DNA of 20,403 nucleotides from Lentisphaeria bacterium (lineage in GTDB: Bacteria; Verrucomicrobiota; Lentisphaeria; JABSQK01; JAWLHB01): contig JAWLHB010000037.1 of the NCBI GenBank assembly GCA_041690595.1, positions 62,001 to 82,403 on the forward strand, read 5' to 3'. The notes under the pieces were generated by a model. That model was not told the origin of the DNA. It saw nothing but the letters and a program-made list of their open reading frames with translations, and searched no databases. Positions 18,319 through 20,403 of the stretch are shown piece by piece; position 1 is the first letter of the stretch; every line of letters starts with the position of its first letter. A program made the position numbers and the translations under genes.

Positions 18319-18987
18319 GTGGCCCGCATCATGAAGAGCCCCTTGATCCAACTGGAGCAGCTTGTTTTTGCCTATCCGGGCCAGCGCCGCCTTTTCGACA
18401 GCTTGGAGCTGACGGTGACGGCTGGCGAGCGGATCTGCATCGGCGGCCGGAATGGGGCGGGCAAGACCTCCCTGCTGCTGATGATGGTGGGACTGCTGAA
18501 GCCGGAGTCGGGGCGGATTGTCATCTTCGGGCGGGAATGTCGCCGGGAGGCTGATTTCCGGGAGGTGCGGGGCAGGGTGGGGCTGGTCTTTCAGGATGCT
18601 GACGATCAGCTGTTCTGCCCTACGGTGCTGGAGGATCTCTGCTTTGGCCCGCTGAACCTGGGCAAATCCCCACATGAGGCTCACCGGATCGCGGTGGAGG
18701 TGATGACGCGCGTGGGGCTCGCCGGCTTCGAGGATCGCTTGACGACGGAGCTGTCCGGCGGCGAAAAGCGTTTGGTCTCCCTGGCGACCGTCCTCGCCAT
18801 GGAGCCGGAGGTCCTGCTGCTCGACGAACCGACCGGTGGCCTGGACGACAACCACGTCGACAAGATCCTCCAGGTCCTGCTCGACCTGCCCCAGGCGCAG
18901 ATCATCGTCAGCCACGACCAGGCCTTCACCCACGCCCTCTGCACCCGCCACCTCTCCCTCCACACCGCCCGCCTCCATCCCCGGTAA
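18319..18987 (+). CDS. Energy-coupling-factor (Co/Ni) transporter ATPase, CbiO/NikO-like
   Basis: FAYPG, GRNGAGKTS, VGLVFQDADDQLFCPTVLEDLCFGPLNLG, LSGGEKRLVSLATVLAMEPEVLLLDEPT, VSHD. Start GTG 18319 or ATG 18331. Confidence 0.92.
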   Translation: MARIMKSPLIQLEQLVFAYPGQRRLFDSLELTVTAGERICIGGRNGAGKTSLLLMMVGLLKPESGRIVIFGRECRREADFREVRGRVGLVFQDADDQLFCPTVLEDLCFGPLNLGKSPHEAHRIAVEVMTRVGLAGFEDRLTTELSGGEKRLVSLATVLAMEPEVLLLDEPTGGLDDNHVDKILQVLLDLPQAQIIVSHDQAFTHALCTRHLSLHTARLHPR

Positions 18988-19019
18988 TGCGGGGAGGCGG
19001 GGAGGCGGCGGGGGAGGCG

Positions 19020-19752
19020 GCGACGGAGTTGTGGACCATGAAGGACGTGAAGGACGTGAGTATGGCGGCTAGATTAGAGCAAATATAACCACGAAGGACA
19101 CGAAGAGCACGAAGATTTAGAAAAAGGAAAGTTGAGCATGATTGGTTATCTTAATGATTAAGAACGTGATCTTTAGTCATCCTTTCGTGATCTTCGTGCT
19201 CTTCGTGGTTAAGTCTGACCGGTGAAACACAAAGAACACGCAAAGATAGAGCAGGAAGAGGCGGGGAAGACGGATTTGTGGACCGTGAAGGAGATGAAGG
19301 AGATGACGATTGGGGATGGGAGCGGCGAGAAAAAATAAACCACGAAGGACACGAAGAGCACGAAGATTTAGAAAAAGGAAAGTTGAGCATGATTGGTTAT
19401 CTTAATGATTAAGAACGTGATCTTTAGTCATCCCTTCGTGATACTCGTGCACTTCGTGGTTAAGTCTGGCCAATGAAACACAAAGAACACGCAAAGATAG
19501 AGCAGGAAGGGGTGGGGAGGACGGAGATGTGGACCATGAAGGACGTGAAGGAGATGAAGATTGGGGATGGGAGCGGCGAAGGAAAGATAACCACGAAGGA
19601 CACGAAGAGCACGAAGATTCAGAAAAAGAAAAGTAAGAATTTATATGTATCTTAAAGGTTAAGAACGTGATCCTCAATCATCCTTCGTGATCTTCGTGCT
19701 CTTCGTGGTGAAATCTGTTCGGTTAACCACAAGGAACGCAGAGAGCGCAGAG
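19020..19752. repeat. Tandem repeat of a 251-bp composite unit (about 3 copies), each with an inverted CACGAAG-triplet doublet
   Basis: Forward arms at 19087, 19338, 19589 (period exactly 251); reverse arms at 19183, 19434, 19683; loops 68, 68, 66 bp. Confidence 0.95.
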
Positions 19753-20332
19753 ATTGGAGTTCGAGGGGGGGTATGAGAGCGGCTCCAGTCGCGGTTCGGA
19801 GAACCGCTGGCATGTTGTCGGGCCTGTGGAGGCTGAAGCGCTGAGTAATTGTGGTCAGGTGGGGGGATGGCTATGCGCCAGTCGCGGTTCGGAGAACCCC
19901 TCCCACATTGAGGGATGCGCCGCTCGGAGAGCGGCCACGGGTTGGAGGGCAGAAAGTGGGGCGGGGCGAGTGAGAGGGGCAAGATGCTGGGGATGGGAGC
20001 GGCGATAAAAGATAACCACGAAGGACACGAAGAGCACGAAGATTAAGCATAAAGATGGGGAAACGTTAGAAATCGTTGAAAGGATTAAGATTGTGATCAA
20101 AAACATCCTTCGTGCTCTTCGTGCACTTCGTGGTGAAATCTGTTCGGTGAACCACAAGGAACGTAGAGAGTGCAGAGATTGTGAGCGGGGGGAGGATATG
20201 AGAGCGGCTCCAGTTCGCGGTTCGGAGAAGCGCTCCCACGTTGTCGGGCATGTCGAGGCTAAGGCCTTGGGTAATTGTGGTTAGGTGGGGCGATGGCCAT
20301 GCGCCAGTCGCGGTTCGGAGAACCCCTCCCAA
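19562..20332. repeat. Direct duplication with 425-bp period (doublet + CGCAGAG element + two REP-like hairpins)
   Basis: Forward arms 19589/20014, reverse arms 19683/20108, AACCACAAGGAACGYAGAGAGYGCAGAG 19725/20150 (all offset 425); REP-like hairpins 19789/20215 and 19882/20308 (offset 426). Confidence 0.93.
19789..20332 (-). repeat. Four GTGG-footed REP-like palindromes
   Basis: TCGCGGTTCGGAGAACCSCTCCCAC-like 25-mers at 19789, 19882, 20215, 20308. Minus-strand consensus GTGG-GA-GCGGTTC-TCC-GAACCGC-GA (tetranucleotide foot + 7-bp stem, 3-nt loop); individual copies carry stem or foot mismatches. Confidence 0.78.
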
Positions 20333-20403
20333 CTATGTATGCCTTCAAGTGTTCATGGCTAAAAGATCTCCAGATTTTTTGTGAATGGCTGCGACGAGTG
20401 CGT

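Noticed and set aside
18990..19025. G-rich run GCGGGGAGGCGGGGAGGCGGCGGGGGAGGCGGCG as a G-quadruplex or separate repeat
   Set aside because: Short low-complexity stretch that grades into the degenerate start of the 251-bp unit; no independent support.
19151..20332. Short ORFs in the second repeat field (SSCSSCPSW, TTKDTKSTK, LRALRALRG)
   Set aside because: Products of the 9-bp periodic element read in different frames; periods of 251 and 425 bp are not multiples of three.

Overview
GC-rich bacterial scaffold fragment containing a 100-N gap at 14357-14456. The gene style (FTLIELL...H-X9-DG prepilin, many cytoplasmic sugar enzymes) suggests a PVC-superphylum organism such as Lentisphaerae, but this is inference. 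Left to right: the end of a type II secretion operon (gspD, gspE); a convergent minus-strand set (SDR, thioredoxin-like [2Fe-2S] ferredoxin, Gfo/Idh/MocA oxidoreductase, 1065-aa heparinase II/III-like protein); a divergent promoter with a 20-bp palindrome ahead of an operon of H-X9-DG prepilin, membrane-anchored protein and Fe3+ ABC transporter (fbpABC/futABC-like); a ~108-bp tandem array; a GxxExxY PD-(D/E)XK nuclease-family gene bracketed on both sides by inverted-repeat doublets; a BadF-type sugar kinase with two SIS-domain genes; an orphan CbiO/NikO-like ATPase; and a second composite repeat field (251-bp and 425-bp periods). The most notable signal is a 28-bp element, AAC-CACGAAG-NN-CACGAAG-NN-CACGAAG. 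It occurs 18 times, forms six inverted doublets with AT-rich loops, and two of these doublets flank the GxxExxY gene. This resembles REP/REPIN-RAYT architecture but with a PD-(D/E)XK protein instead of a tyrosine transposase. Classical GTGG-type REP-like hairpins are interleaved in the second field.
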